Positions 1-9,498 of a stretch of 64,000 bases of DNA are shown here, one piece after another; the stretch's first letter is position 1; each line of letters starts with the position of its first letter. The notes under the pieces are model-generated. The model was not told where the DNA came from, made no database searches, and worked only from the letters and a program-made list of their open reading frames with translations. The DNA comes from Planctomycetota bacterium (GTDB taxonomy: Bacteria > Planctomycetota > UBA1135 > UBA2386): contig CANMWZ010000018.1 in NCBI GenBank assembly GCA_947501605.1, positions 1 to 64,000 on the forward strand, in the 5' to 3' direction. The position numbers and the translations under genes were made by a program.

Positions 1-2
1 GC

Positions 3-65
3 ATCCGTCGCGAGTACGTGAAGACCGGCTCGGCAGGCCACCCCATCCCGGAGTTCCTGCGGTGA
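3..65 (+). CDS. 3' end of an unknown CDS truncated by the window edge (IRREYVKTGSAGHPIPEFLR*), cargo of the integrative element
   Basis: Open frame with high-GC3 codons ending TGA at 63-65, convergent on the integrase. Confidence 0.4.
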   Translation: MRREYVKTGSAGHPIPEFLR

Positions 66-70
66 GTCGT

Positions 71-1390
71 TCATGCACCGCCAGCAGCGGCCGAGGTCGC
101 GGCACCCGCAGACTCGTCTTCGATCAGGTGCGCGAGAGGGTCCAGGTGATCGGCCACCATCTGCCGCAGGTTGGCGAACGTGGCGTGTTCGTAGCGCGAC
201 GCGGCATCTCTACGGCTGCGGGTGTGGCCGCTGTAGGCGTCGCTCTTGAAGGGCGCCACGTCCCTCTCGGCGAGGTACGTCTTGATTGCGTGGCGGAAGC
301 TGTGTGGGTGCAGTCGAAGCAGCAGCCTCTGGTGGGTGTGGGTGGCTTCGGCCGCGGCCCTCTTGTCGAGCTTGGCTCGATCGCTGGCCCACAGGTCCTC
401 GAGATGGCCGCGGTAGCGGTGGATCGAGTTGCCGATCCAGTCGATGCGGCGTTGTTCGTCGCTGCGCGCGCCGTGCTTCGGTCGCTTGGACTTCGACGGC
501 ATGCCCTTGTGCACCAAGTGGCCGTCCGAGTCCGCGTCTTCCATCAGTCGGTCCAGAACCGTCATCATCGGGCGGCAGATGGGGATCGTGCGAGGTCCGG
601 TCTTACCGACGATGCTCAACCGACCCGCCTTTCGATCGACATCTGCTGCGCGCAGGCGCGCGAGTTCCGACTTGCGGATGCCGCTGAAGAACAGCAACGC
701 GAGCACGTCGTGGAAGCGCATCGCCGTCGGCAACTTCAGTCTGCGGATGGACTGCAGGATCACGCCGATCTCCTCCACGTCGTAGAAGTGAGCTTCCTTG
801 ACCGGCACCTTGGCGAGGCGGACGCGGGAGCACGGGTTCTGACCCGGGAAGTGTCCCTGCTGCACCGCGAGCCGGAAGATGTGGTTCAGCCGTGCGAGGT
901 CCTTGTTGATCCGCAGGTCGGTGATCGGCTTGCCGCGATGTCGTTGGGCCCGGCGGTGGTCGCGGAATGCCTCGATCCGCGCGGGCGTGATCTCGTGCAG
1001 CGGAACGTTGCCGAAGAACGTGATCAGGGTGCGGAAGTGTTCTTTGTAGCTCCGGATCGTTCCGTCCTTGGTGACGAGCGAGAGCACCGACTGCATCCCC
1101 TGCTCCAAGGTGGCCATCGGACCGTCAGCGCTTCGCTGGGCGAGTTCGCGCATCCGCAGGTAGTCGCCAGCGGCTGCTTCGCGGTCGGCCCACTTCCCGT
1201 AGACGAGCTTGCCGTTGACCATCGTCTTCGCCCGGAAGCGCCACCCGAGGTCTTTGGAGTAGCGGGCTTGGCAACCGAGCGGCGCCTTCTGGGGGCGGCC
1301 TGCGGGTCGCCTGTTTTCTCGGGGATTTGGGGCGCGGGTGTGGCCACGGAGTGTGGCCACGGCGTCCTTCGGTGTTTCCGGCGAATGCAT
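71..1390 (-). CDS. Tyrosine recombinase / phage-type integrase
   Basis: Catalytic signature R (SGIRKSE), K (GKTG), HxxR (HSFRH), H (SGH), Y (SRYEH); SAM-like domain (PLHEITPARIEAFRD). Start at ATG 1390 uncertain; the longer ORF runs into the tRNA fragment. Confidence 0.9.
   Translation of the reverse strand: MHSPETPKDAVATLRGHTRAPNPRENRRPAGRPQKAPLGCQARYSKDLGWRFRAKTMVNGKLVYGKWADREAAAGDYLRMRELAQRSADGPMATLEQGMQSVLSLVTKDGTIRSYKEHFRTLITFFGNVPLHEITPARIEAFRDHRRAQRHRGKPITDLRINKDLARLNHIFRLAVQQGHFPGQNPCSRVRLAKVPVKEAHFYDVEEIGVILQSIRRLKLPTAMRFHDVLALLFFSGIRKSELARLRAADVDRKAGRLSIVGKTGPRTIPICRPMMTVLDRLMEDADSDGHLVHKGMPSKSKRPKHGARSDEQRRIDWIGNSIHRYRGHLEDLWASDRAKLDKRAAAEATHTHQRLLLRLHPHSFRHAIKTYLAERDVAPFKSDAYSGHTRSRRDAASRYEHATFANLRQMVADHLDPLAHLIEDESAGAATSAAAGGA
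1338..1362. repeat. Tandem 12-bp direct repeat GTGTGGCCACGG x2 (possible integrase arm-type sites)
   Basis: Copies at 1338-1349 and 1351-1362, about 90 bp from the att core. Confidence 0.5.
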
Positions 1391-1452
1391 CGTGCGGCCG
1401 ACAATATGGCGTTTAGAGGCCAAATGCAACTCATGCACATCAGCGTCCAAAT

Positions 1453-1502
<50 letters not shown>

Positions 1503-1505
1503 TCC

Positions 1506-1542
1506 AAAGCTCGGCGGCAACGTTCCGTTGTCGTCGGGCTTT
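1506..1542 (+). terminator. Intrinsic terminator downstream of the tRNA fragment
   Basis: AAAGCTCGGCGGCAAC-gttcc-GTTGTCGTCGGGCTTT hairpin followed by a T-rich tail. Confidence 0.7.
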
Positions 1543-1556
1543 GTCGTTTCTGGCGG

Positions 1557-1595
1557 CCACCCCAGCGCCAGGCTCCACCCCAGCGCCAGGCTCCA
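1557..1595. repeat. 18-bp tandem duplication CCACCCCAGCGCCAGGCT x2
   Basis: Directly visible in the sequence. Confidence 0.8.
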
Positions 1596-1770
1596 GGATG
1601 AGGCACTCCTAGGGAAGCGGACCACCACCCGCGGCGGGGCGAGCCAGACGTGCGGGGCCAGAATCGCGGGCTCGACGCCTATGCCTACTGGTGGAGGCAC
1701 GTCTTGGTTGGCGCGCGGCTGCCATGTTGGTCGCACAGTGCGACGGTGAGGCAGGGCCGAAGATGTGTGC

Positions 1771-2268
1771 ATGAGGAACCTGACCAAGAACCGCCTCTCG
1801 GAGCTCAAGGCTCGACCGACTACCTTGCCAAAGCAGGACCCGTACGCAGACGCGCACAAGCCGTCCGGGGTGGTGACATGCACCGCCTGCCATGCGTTCC
1901 ACGAGCGCGGTCACTGGAAGTGGGGCGCAGTTCCGTCCGGGGCCTCGACGGCGCTTTGCCCGGCGTGCCGGCGGATCAAGGATCGCTGTCCAGCGCACGT
2001 GCTCAGGCTCGACGGCGTGCCGAAGGACCGGCGGCAGGAACTGGTCGCTCTGGTCCATCGCGTTGCGGAGGAAGAGTGCCGCGACCACCCGCTTGAACGG
2101 CTGATGAGCCTCGAGGACGCCGCGGACCTGATCGAGATCCGGACCACGGGAGCGCAGTTGCCGCGGCGTTTGCGGGCTTCGATCGCGCGTGCGTTCCGGC
2201 AACGCTTTGCGTCGAAGTTCAGCGCGGAACACAGTGCGATGACCTGGAAGGCCGCAGCCCCACACTGA
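1771..2268 (+). CDS. BCAM0308-family zinc-ribbon protein
   Basis: DPY...CTAC...GHWKW...CPACRRIKD...HPLERLM...TTGxQLxRRL pattern. Confidence 0.75.
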   Translation: MRNLTKNRLSELKARPTTLPKQDPYADAHKPSGVVTCTACHAFHERGHWKWGAVPSGASTALCPACRRIKDRCPAHVLRLDGVPKDRRQELVALVHRVAEEECRDHPLERLMSLEDAADLIEIRTTGAQLPRRLRASIARAFRQRFASKFSAEHSAMTWKAAAPH

Positions 2269-2291
2269 GGGCGCGGTGGCTTCCGGGTGAT

Positions 2292-4682
2292 TCAGCGCCG
2301 ACGCTTGCCGCGTCCCTTCTTGCCTGGCGAAGCGGCGGCCTCGGTGGCGGCGGCGATTTGCTTTTGTGCGAGCTCCAGCAGCACCACTTGGCTTCGAAGC
2401 AAGGGTTCGCCTGCCTTTGGCACGAGGCGCTCACTGCGACCATCCGGCAGCACTCGGTGCGACTTGATGTTGTCGGCGAGTGAGATGCCGAGGACTTCGT
2501 CGATGAGTCGCTTCTTCAGGGCCGGCTCCGTCACCTGCACGGCGACTTCCACGCGGCGATCGAGATTGCGGACCATCCAGTCGGCTGACGACAGGTAGAC
2601 GAGTGGAACACCTGCATTCTCGAAGTAGTAGATGCGGCTGTGTTCCAGGAAGCGGTCGACAAGGGCCCTCACCTGGATGTTGTCGCTGAGCCCTGGCACA
2701 CCAGGGCGCAGGATGCAGATGCCGCGCACACACAGCTGGATCTCGACGCCGGCGCGCGAGGCCTCGTACAGCGCGAGGATGATCTGGGGGTCGGCGAGGT
2801 TGTTCAGCTTGGCGCGGATCGCGGCCGGCTTGCCCGCCTTCTTGTTGTCGATCTCCTTCTGGATCAGCGCCACGATGCGGTCGCGCATCGTGAACGGTGC
2901 AACCAACAAGTGCTCCATCGGCGGCACTCGGGCGTAGCCGGTGATCATGTTGAGCGTTTCGGCGACTTCCTCACCGACGTCCGCGCGCGCAGTCAAGACA
3001 CCGACGTCGGTGTAGAGGCGCGCCGAGGTCGGGTTGTAGTTGCCGGTGCCGATGTGGCAATAACGCTTCATGCCGTCATCCTCGCGGCGGACGACCAGCG
3101 TGACCTTGGCGTGCGTCTTCATGCCGACGATGCCGTAGACGACGTGCACGCCCGCCTTCTCCATCCGCCGCGCCCATTGGATGTTGGCTTCTTCGTCGAA
3201 GCGTGCCTTCAGCTCGACGACGACGGTGATCTGCTTGCGTTGCTGCGCCGCCTCGATCAGCGCATCCAGCATCGGGCTCTTGTTGCCAGCGCGATAGATC
3301 GTCTGCTTGATCGCCAGCACCTTGGGGTCGCGCGCTGCGAGGCAGACAAAGTCCTCGACGGACGAGAATGACTCGTACGGATGGTGCAGCAGCACATCGC
3401 CGTCGCGAAGGTCCGAGAACATCTCGTCTGGGTTGGTCCACTGGATCGCCTTCACAGGCTGCACCGGTGGGTCGCGCAGTTCGGGTGCTTCGATGTTCTG
3501 ATACAGCTCCATCAAGCGACCGAGGTTGACCGGGCCGTCGCAGTAGTAGACGTCGTCGTGCTCGATGCCGAACGCGCGAACGAAGCGATCGACGATTTCC
3601 GGGTGCCCGCCGCGGTCGATCTCCATGCGCACTGGTTCGCCCCGGCGACGCTTGACCAGTTCGCGCTCGATCGAGCTCATCAAGTCAGTTGCTTGCACTT
3701 CATCGACGTCGATGTTGCTGTCGCGCGTGACGCGGAAACTGCACGAATGCAGCACTTCAAGGCCCGGGAACAGCTCGCGCAGGTGGGCCTGCACGATGTC
3801 GGCCGTGAAGACGTAGACGCGCTTGCCATCCTGGTCGGGAAGTCGCGTGATGCGCGGCAGAACGCGCGGCACCTGCACGACGGCGATGCGATGCGTCTTG
3901 CGCGCCTGACGCGGGTCGAGCAGCAGAACCGCAAGGTTCAGCGACTTGTTGAGCAACACCGGAAACGGGTGCGACGGATCGACCGCGAGCGGCGTCAGCA
4001 CGGGGTAGATCTCGCGCTGGAACTGCGTATCGACCCATTCGCGTTGTGCTGCAGTCAGCCCACGCATTGGCTTGATGTCGATTCCGGACCGGGCCAGCGC
4101 GGGTACGAGTTGTTCGAGCCAGGTGCGATGCAGATCCGCCGAGAAGGTGCGCGCTTGATCCCGTATCCGTTCGAGTTCGTCGAGCGGCTTCAGACCATCG
4201 GGGTTCTCGCCCTGCAAGTTGGCATCGAGCAGTTCCATGATGCCCGCGACGCGGACTTCGAAGAACTCGTCGAGGTTCTGGCTGGCGATCGCGAGGAACT
4301 TCACGCGTTCGAGCAGCGGCACCGTCTCGTTGCTGGCCTCGGCGAGTACCCGGCGATTGAACGCAAGCCACGACAACTCGCGGTTGCCGAACAGCATCGA
4401 CCGCTCCATCGACGCGAGCGGCATCGACTCTGGCGGGACGTGGTTCTTTGGCGGGCTCCCATCGCCGCCAATGGGTGGCGCCAGACCGACGCCACTGGCA
4501 CCGGCATCGCCGCCGACGACGACCGGGAGTGAGCTCGGGCTAGGCTCGCCACTGCCCGGCGCTCCATTGGCACCCTGAGGACCGACGCCATGCCCGCTCG
4601 GCGAATCAGGTTGGCGGAAGAGACGCGGCGCCTCCTCTGGGATGCGCGTGCGTGGCTCAAACTCGAAGCTGGCGTCGGTCAT
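2292..4682 (-). CDS. ppk1: Polyphosphate kinase 1
   Basis: NRELSWLAFNRRVL, NLDEFFEVRVAG, HHPYESF, ELKARFDEEANI, GTGNYN, RFLEHSR, SADWMxRNLDRRVE; low-complexity N-terminal extension, start uncertain. Confidence 0.95.
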   Translation of the reverse strand: MTDASFEFEPRTRIPEEAPRLFRQPDSPSGHGVGPQGANGAPGSGEPSPSSLPVVVGGDAGASGVGLAPPIGGDGSPPKNHVPPESMPLASMERSMLFGNRELSWLAFNRRVLAEASNETVPLLERVKFLAIASQNLDEFFEVRVAGIMELLDANLQGENPDGLKPLDELERIRDQARTFSADLHRTWLEQLVPALARSGIDIKPMRGLTAAQREWVDTQFQREIYPVLTPLAVDPSHPFPVLLNKSLNLAVLLLDPRQARKTHRIAVVQVPRVLPRITRLPDQDGKRVYVFTADIVQAHLRELFPGLEVLHSCSFRVTRDSNIDVDEVQATDLMSSIERELVKRRRGEPVRMEIDRGGHPEIVDRFVRAFGIEHDDVYYCDGPVNLGRLMELYQNIEAPELRDPPVQPVKAIQWTNPDEMFSDLRDGDVLLHHPYESFSSVEDFVCLAARDPKVLAIKQTIYRAGNKSPMLDALIEAAQQRKQITVVVELKARFDEEANIQWARRMEKAGVHVVYGIVGMKTHAKVTLVVRREDDGMKRYCHIGTGNYNPTSARLYTDVGVLTARADVGEEVAETLNMITGYARVPPMEHLLVAPFTMRDRIVALIQKEIDNKKAGKPAAIRAKLNNLADPQIILALYEASRAGVEIQLCVRGICILRPGVPGLSDNIQVRALVDRFLEHSRIYYFENAGVPLVYLSSADWMVRNLDRRVEVAVQVTEPALKKRLIDEVLGISLADNIKSHRVLPDGRSERLVPKAGEPLLRSQVVLLELAQKQIAAATEAAASPGKKGRGKRRR

Positions 4683-4861
4683 GGTTGCAGCGGGAGATTG
4701 CACCCGCCGCCATCCTCGGTTGGGAGGGGGGGATGCTATCTTCATCGACGCTTCTTGTTCCAGATGGGGACTACCGTAATCAAGAAGTCCCAAACCCTGG
4801 TCGATCCCGGGGTTCTGGATCTGGGTCGGTTTCGATCGCGAAACTGGGAGGAAGCGTTTCG

Positions 4862-6049
4862 GTGTCACTCAGCATTCAGCAAATTTTGCAGGACATGGTT
4901 CGTGGCGGGGCCTCAGACCTCCATCTCAAGGCCGGCAACTTCCCGGGCTTCCGCGTCGACGGGGAGATCCGAGCACAACCGAGCTACGGTCAGATCACGC
5001 CGGAGCTTGCGGCCGAACTGGTCCGCCAGTTGATGAACGAGGAGCAGTGGGAGCGGTTCGAGAAGGACCACGACCTCGACTTCTCCTACGCGCTCCCCGG
5101 GGTTGCCCGCTTCCGCGTCAACGCGTTGATGCAGCGCGAAGCGTGCGGTCTGGTGGTTCGCCAGATTCCGGACCGCATCCCGAATGCGCGGCAGCTCGGT
5201 TTGCCGCAGATCTGCCTCGATCTCGCCGGTAAGCCGCGCGGTCTCGTGCTCGTGACCGGTCCGACCGGCTCGGGCAAGTCGACGACGTTGGCAGCAATGC
5301 TCGACTACATCAATGAGAACGAGAGCGGCCACATCCTCACGATGGAGGATCCACTCGAGTTCGTGCACAACGACAAGAAGTGCTACATCACGCAACGTCA
5401 GGTCGGTCAGGACACGGCGTCCTTCCGCGAAGGCCTGCGTCGCGCCCTGCGCCAGGATCCAGATGTGATTCTGATCGGTGAGATGCGCGACCTCGAGACC
5501 ATCTCGATGGCGATCACCGCGGCCGAGACGGGACACTTGGTGTTCGGAACGCTGCACACGACCAGCGCGATTTCCACCATCGACCGCATCGTCGATGTGT
5601 TTCCGACCGATGCGCAGCAGCAGGTTCGCGTCCAACTGTCCTCGACGCTGCAGGGCGTCATCAGTCAGACGCTGGTGTCCAAAGTCGGCGGTGGTCGCGT
5701 GGCAGCCCGCGAGATCCTGGTGGCGACCGATGCCGTTCGGTCGCTGATTCGCGAGGCCAAGACCGCGCAGATGCTCAACATAATGCAGACCGGCCGCGCC
5801 TACGGCATGGGCACGTTGGAGGACGAGCTGCTGAAGCTGGTCGCCGACGGGTTGGTCACGCCTGACGATGCGATTGGCAAGGCCAACCGGCCAGAAGACG
5901 TGCGTCGCCGCCTCGGAGAATCGCCGCAGCGTGCAGGCCAGCCGGCCGCCGCGGGCGCCGCGACGACGCCGCGGACCGGGGCCGCTGCGCCCGCGGCTCC
6001 GACCACTCCCGCCGGCCGCCCGATGGGCGTGATCGGCGTTCGCCGCTGA
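4862..6049 (+). CDS. pilT: Type IV pilus retraction ATPase PilT/PilU family
   Basis: ASDLHL, GPTGSGKSTT, EDPLEF, ALRQDPDVILIGEMRD, AAETGHLVFGTLHT; GTG start after GGAGG. Confidence 0.93.
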   Translation: MSLSIQQILQDMVRGGASDLHLKAGNFPGFRVDGEIRAQPSYGQITPELAAELVRQLMNEEQWERFEKDHDLDFSYALPGVARFRVNALMQREACGLVVRQIPDRIPNARQLGLPQICLDLAGKPRGLVLVTGPTGSGKSTTLAAMLDYINENESGHILTMEDPLEFVHNDKKCYITQRQVGQDTASFREGLRRALRQDPDVILIGEMRDLETISMAITAAETGHLVFGTLHTTSAISTIDRIVDVFPTDAQQQVRVQLSSTLQGVISQTLVSKVGGGRVAAREILVATDAVRSLIREAKTAQMLNIMQTGRAYGMGTLEDELLKLVADGLVTPDDAIGKANRPEDVRRRLGESPQRAGQPAAAGAATTPRTGAAAPAAPTTPAGRPMGVIGVRR

Positions 6050-6425
6050 ACGACAGCGGCGCCAGGTCACATTCCATGCACCCGTAGAGGTCGCTGCGCT
6101 GTGCGCTTGTTGAGCGCGGCGCAGGGCCTCGTCAAGGCGGCGGGCGACATCGTCTTCGATGTCGCCCGCCTGAGCGAGCTGATCGCGCAGCCCGCTGATT
6201 GTGGCCGCAAACGCACCGCCGAACCGCGAGCACGGGTCACCGTCGCGAGCCTGCAACTCGGGGGTGCGGCGATGAACCACGTCGAGCTCGCCGTCGGGCC
6301 GGAGTGACACGTCGGTGTCTGATGGGGTCGCGTCCCGAGCAGCGGAACCCGAGGCGACGCTGGTCTCTACCGCTGACTACAGAATGCCGTCTGCGTACCG
6401 GGTGAGTCCTTGATCGAGGCCAGCG

Positions 6426-7052
6426 TCAGTTCGCCAGCAGCGGTGGGTCCTGCTGCAGTCGCTGTAGCAGCTCTCTCAGGGCATTGCCGCGGTGGCTGAG
6501 AGCGTCTTTGCGGCTGGCGTCGAGCTCCGCAAAGGTTGTGGGCGTGGCGTCCTTGTGGAATGCGAGCGGTACGAACGCCGGGTCGTAGCCGAAGCCGCCG
6601 TGGCCGTGCGGCGAGCGCAACAACACGCCGTCGCAGCGGCCTTCGACTGCGAGTCGCACCGCGCCGTCCTTGCCGCAGAGGCAAAGGCTGCAGACGAAGT
6701 GCGCGCCGCGCTGCTCGTCTGGAACCGCGCGCAGTTCGTCGAGGAGGCGCAGCAGGCGGCCGCGGTCATCGAGCCCCTCGCCCCCGTAGCGCGCGCTGAG
6801 CACACCGGGACGGCCACCGAGTGCGTCGACGCAGAGCCCAGAGTCGTCAGCGAGGGCTACTCCGCCGGCTGCAATCGCCAAGCTCTGCGCTTTCTTGCGC
6901 GCGTTGCCGGCGAAGTCCGGTTGGTCCTCGATCGGGTTCCACGGCCTCGTCAGCTCCTGCGGTGTGCGCAAGCGGACACCAAGTGGCGCCAGCATGCGCT
7001 CGAGCTCGGCGAGCTTCTTCTTGTTGCCGGTGGCGATCCAGAGTTCGCGCAT
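6426..7052 (-). CDS. rdgB: Non-canonical purine NTP pyrophosphatase (RdgB/HAM1)
   Basis: ATGNxxK, DDSGLCVDALGGRPGVLSARY, GFGYDP, SHRG. Confidence 0.95.
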   Translation of the reverse strand: MRELWIATGNKKKLAELERMLAPLGVRLRTPQELTRPWNPIEDQPDFAGNARKKAQSLAIAAGGVALADDSGLCVDALGGRPGVLSARYGGEGLDDRGRLLRLLDELRAVPDEQRGAHFVCSLCLCGKDGAVRLAVEGRCDGVLLRSPHGHGGFGYDPAFVPLAFHKDATPTTFAELDASRKDALSHRGNALRELLQRLQQDPPLLAN

Positions 7053-7069
7053 CGCCACCCTGTCGCGGC

Positions 7070-7795
7070 TCAGAGCCCGAGAATCTGCTTCTGCGCAGCG
7101 ACGATCTGGGCGCAGCCGGCTTGGCCCATCGCCAGCATGGCCTGGAATTGATCGATCGCGAACGGCCGTCGCTCGGCGGCACCTTGGACTTCGACGATGC
7201 GGCCATCGGCGGCGCAGACGATGTTGAGGTCGACGTCGGCCGTGCTGTCTTCCCCGAAATCGAGGTCGGCGACGATCTGGTCGTCGACGAGTCCGACCGA
7301 GGTCGCGCCTACGAGTCCGCGCAGCGGCCAGGTGCGCAGTTGGCGTTGTTCCTCCATCCACAGCAGCGCGTCGTAGAGCGCCACGATCGAGCCGTTGATC
7401 GCGGTCGTGCGCGTGCCGCCGTCGGCTGAGAGCACGTCGCAGTCGACCCACAGTGTCACTTCCGGGAGCACTGCGAGGTCGAGTGCACAACGCAGCGCGC
7501 GACCAACCATGCGCTGGATCTCCTGAGTGCGACCGTCGAGCGGGCGGCCCGTGCGACCTTCACGTGGCTTTCGCGGTTGGCCAGCCGACGGCAGCATCGA
7601 GTACTCTGCCGTGAGCCAACCGCCAGGCTGTTTCTTGTACATCCACGGCGGCACTTGCTCCTGAACGCTGACCGTGCAGAGCACGCGCGTGCGGCCGCAT
7701 TCGGCGAGTACTGAGCCAGGAATCTGGTCCGTGAAGGCGCGGGTGAAAGTGATCGGCCGGAGCTGATCCAGCAGGCGTCCGTTCTTGCGAGTCAG
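7070..7795 (-). CDS. rph: Ribonuclease PH (probable CTG start)
   Basis: GWLTAEYSMLP, GRTQEIQRMVGR, DCDVLSADGGTRT, EVQG; rph-rdgB synteny. Confidence 0.93.
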   Translation of the reverse strand: MTRKNGRLLDQLRPITFTRAFTDQIPGSVLAECGRTRVLCTVSVQEQVPPWMYKKQPGGWLTAEYSMLPSAGQPRKPREGRTGRPLDGRTQEIQRMVGRALRCALDLAVLPEVTLWVDCDVLSADGGTRTTAINGSIVALYDALLWMEEQRQLRTWPLRGLVGATSVGLVDDQIVADLDFGEDSTADVDLNIVCAADGRIVEVQGAAERRPFAIDQFQAMLAMGQAGCAQIVAAQKQILGL

Positions 7796-7919
7796 GGCAG
7801 GGTCCTCGGCGAGGTCGTGGCGGCGTGAAGTGGGCCGGGCACAGTAGCGATCTGGCGACGGCCGTCCACGCTGCGGTGGCGTTGCGTCCGCCGGGCCGGT
7901 TGGACCATTGGCGACGGTC

Positions 7920-9419
7920 TCAGGGCAATAGCGCGGCGGCCAGGGCGCGCCGCAGTTCATGCACGCCGAATGGCTTACGGATCTGCGTGACGCGCTGCAG
8001 GAGGTCCGGCGCCAACACGAGTTGCTGGTCGAGTTCGGACAAAACGAACACGCGCATATCCGGGCAGAGTCTGGCGACCGTGCTGGCCAGCAAGTCACCA
8101 GCGTCAAGGCGCGCGGCCTGGTCGACCACAAGCACTTCGAAGCGGTCCGGCGTCGCCTGGATCAGCGATCGTGCTGCGGCGCCATCGGAGCAGGCAAACA
8201 CCGAGCGGCCCTGTGCCTTCAGTTCGCTGGCCAACATCGAACGAACGGCGGGATCCCCTTCGATCACCAGGACGCCGCCATAGCGGTGGCGACGCGGGAT
8301 CGACACCGTCCGGTCCGCGTCCACTTTGGTCATGCCGAAGGCCGCGGGTGCCGCGGCGAGATCGGCGGCGAGATCCATCTCGTGCTGCGCTTGTTCCGTC
8401 GCCGATCGCTCGTCGGACGCTGGCACAACATCTGCGGTGGGCGCGGTTGCCGGAGTTGCGGCCGCCCAGTCCGGGGTCTGCAGCGGGATGCGTAGCAGTG
8501 CGCGTGCTTCATGCCCAGGCTCGTGTACGAAGGCAACGGTGCCGCCGAGCGCGCGGAGCACGTTTTGGGCAGCGCAGCGAGCGACGAGGAACCCGACCGT
8601 CGGTGCGGTTGCTGACGCCATCGAATCCGGGGCTTCGTCGCGTTCGAGGGTCAGTTCGATCAAGGCGAGTGGCATGTCGCTATCGAAGCCCGGCTCGACT
8701 TGGATCGACAACCGCATCGCCGGGCGTTCCAGGTGGCGCAGAGCCTTGCAGGTAAACGTCAGCGCAGCGACGAGTTCGTCCTGACTGCCGCGGAGGGACA
8801 GTGAGGTCTGCGGCAGATTCCATGCGATCTGGAGGCCGAGTGCGGTGGTGCTGAGTTCATCGCGAAGATCGGTCAGCAGGAGGTCGATCGCTGTGACTCC
8901 CACAGTCGGCGGCAGCGCGCGCGCGTAGGCTTGGACCTTGTCGTGAAATCGGCGCAGGCGCCGGACGGCGAGCCAGAGACTCTCGACGCCATAGGTCTCC
9001 GCCCTGAGGACGGGCGCGGACTCGATCAACTGAAACGTGCCGCCCTCGATGCCCGAGACGATCGTGGCCAGTTCCTTCGACAGCCATTGCGCCAGGTCGC
9101 GAGGTGCGGGTGCGAGCGAAGTCTGCTCGGCGGTGGCCTCGTGGGCGCGTCGCGCCCGATCGTCGGAGGCGTCGTGGGCTGCGTCCGTTGCCGCTTGCCG
9201 CAGTGCCGAGATCTCTGCCTTGAGGCTGGCGACCATGCGGGCCGTTCGCTCGCGCTGGGCCGCGAGTTCGGCGGTGGCATCGGCCTGCTGCGTAGCTGTT
9301 GCCCGGCCGAGTTCGAGCGAGGCCTGCTCACGGACTCGAGCGACCCTGCGGCGCGCGAGCCCCAAAGCGGCGACGGCCGCGAGGATCGCGCCGGCGAGCG
9401 AGTAGGCCAATTCGATCAC
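7920..9419 (-). CDS. Membrane-anchored degenerate hybrid histidine kinase with C-terminal receiver domain
   Basis: N-terminal TM plus coiled coil, HisKA-like helix lacking His (WLSKELATIVSGIEG), decayed HATPase, REC domain (VLVIEGD...VLVVD...KPF). Confidence 0.65.
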   Translation of the reverse strand: MIELAYSLAGAILAAVAALGLARRRVARVREQASLELGRATATQQADATAELAAQRERTARMVASLKAEISALRQAATDAAHDASDDRARRAHEATAEQTSLAPAPRDLAQWLSKELATIVSGIEGGTFQLIESAPVLRAETYGVESLWLAVRRLRRFHDKVQAYARALPPTVGVTAIDLLLTDLRDELSTTALGLQIAWNLPQTSLSLRGSQDELVAALTFTCKALRHLERPAMRLSIQVEPGFDSDMPLALIELTLERDEAPDSMASATAPTVGFLVARCAAQNVLRALGGTVAFVHEPGHEARALLRIPLQTPDWAAATPATAPTADVVPASDERSATEQAQHEMDLAADLAAAPAAFGMTKVDADRTVSIPRRHRYGGVLVIEGDPAVRSMLASELKAQGRSVFACSDGAAARSLIQATPDRFEVLVVDQAARLDAGDLLASTVARLCPDMRVFVLSELDQQLVLAPDLLQRVTQIRKPFGVHELRRALAAALLP

Positions 9420-9498
9420 GGGAGAGTCGGGAGAACGCAGCAACCTACAGAGCGAGTTGCTGCGTGTCGACCGCCACGTCGTTCATGGCCGTCACGGC

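Noticed and set aside
1557..1595. CRISPR array
   Set aside because: Only a two-copy tandem repeat with no spacer and no cas genes
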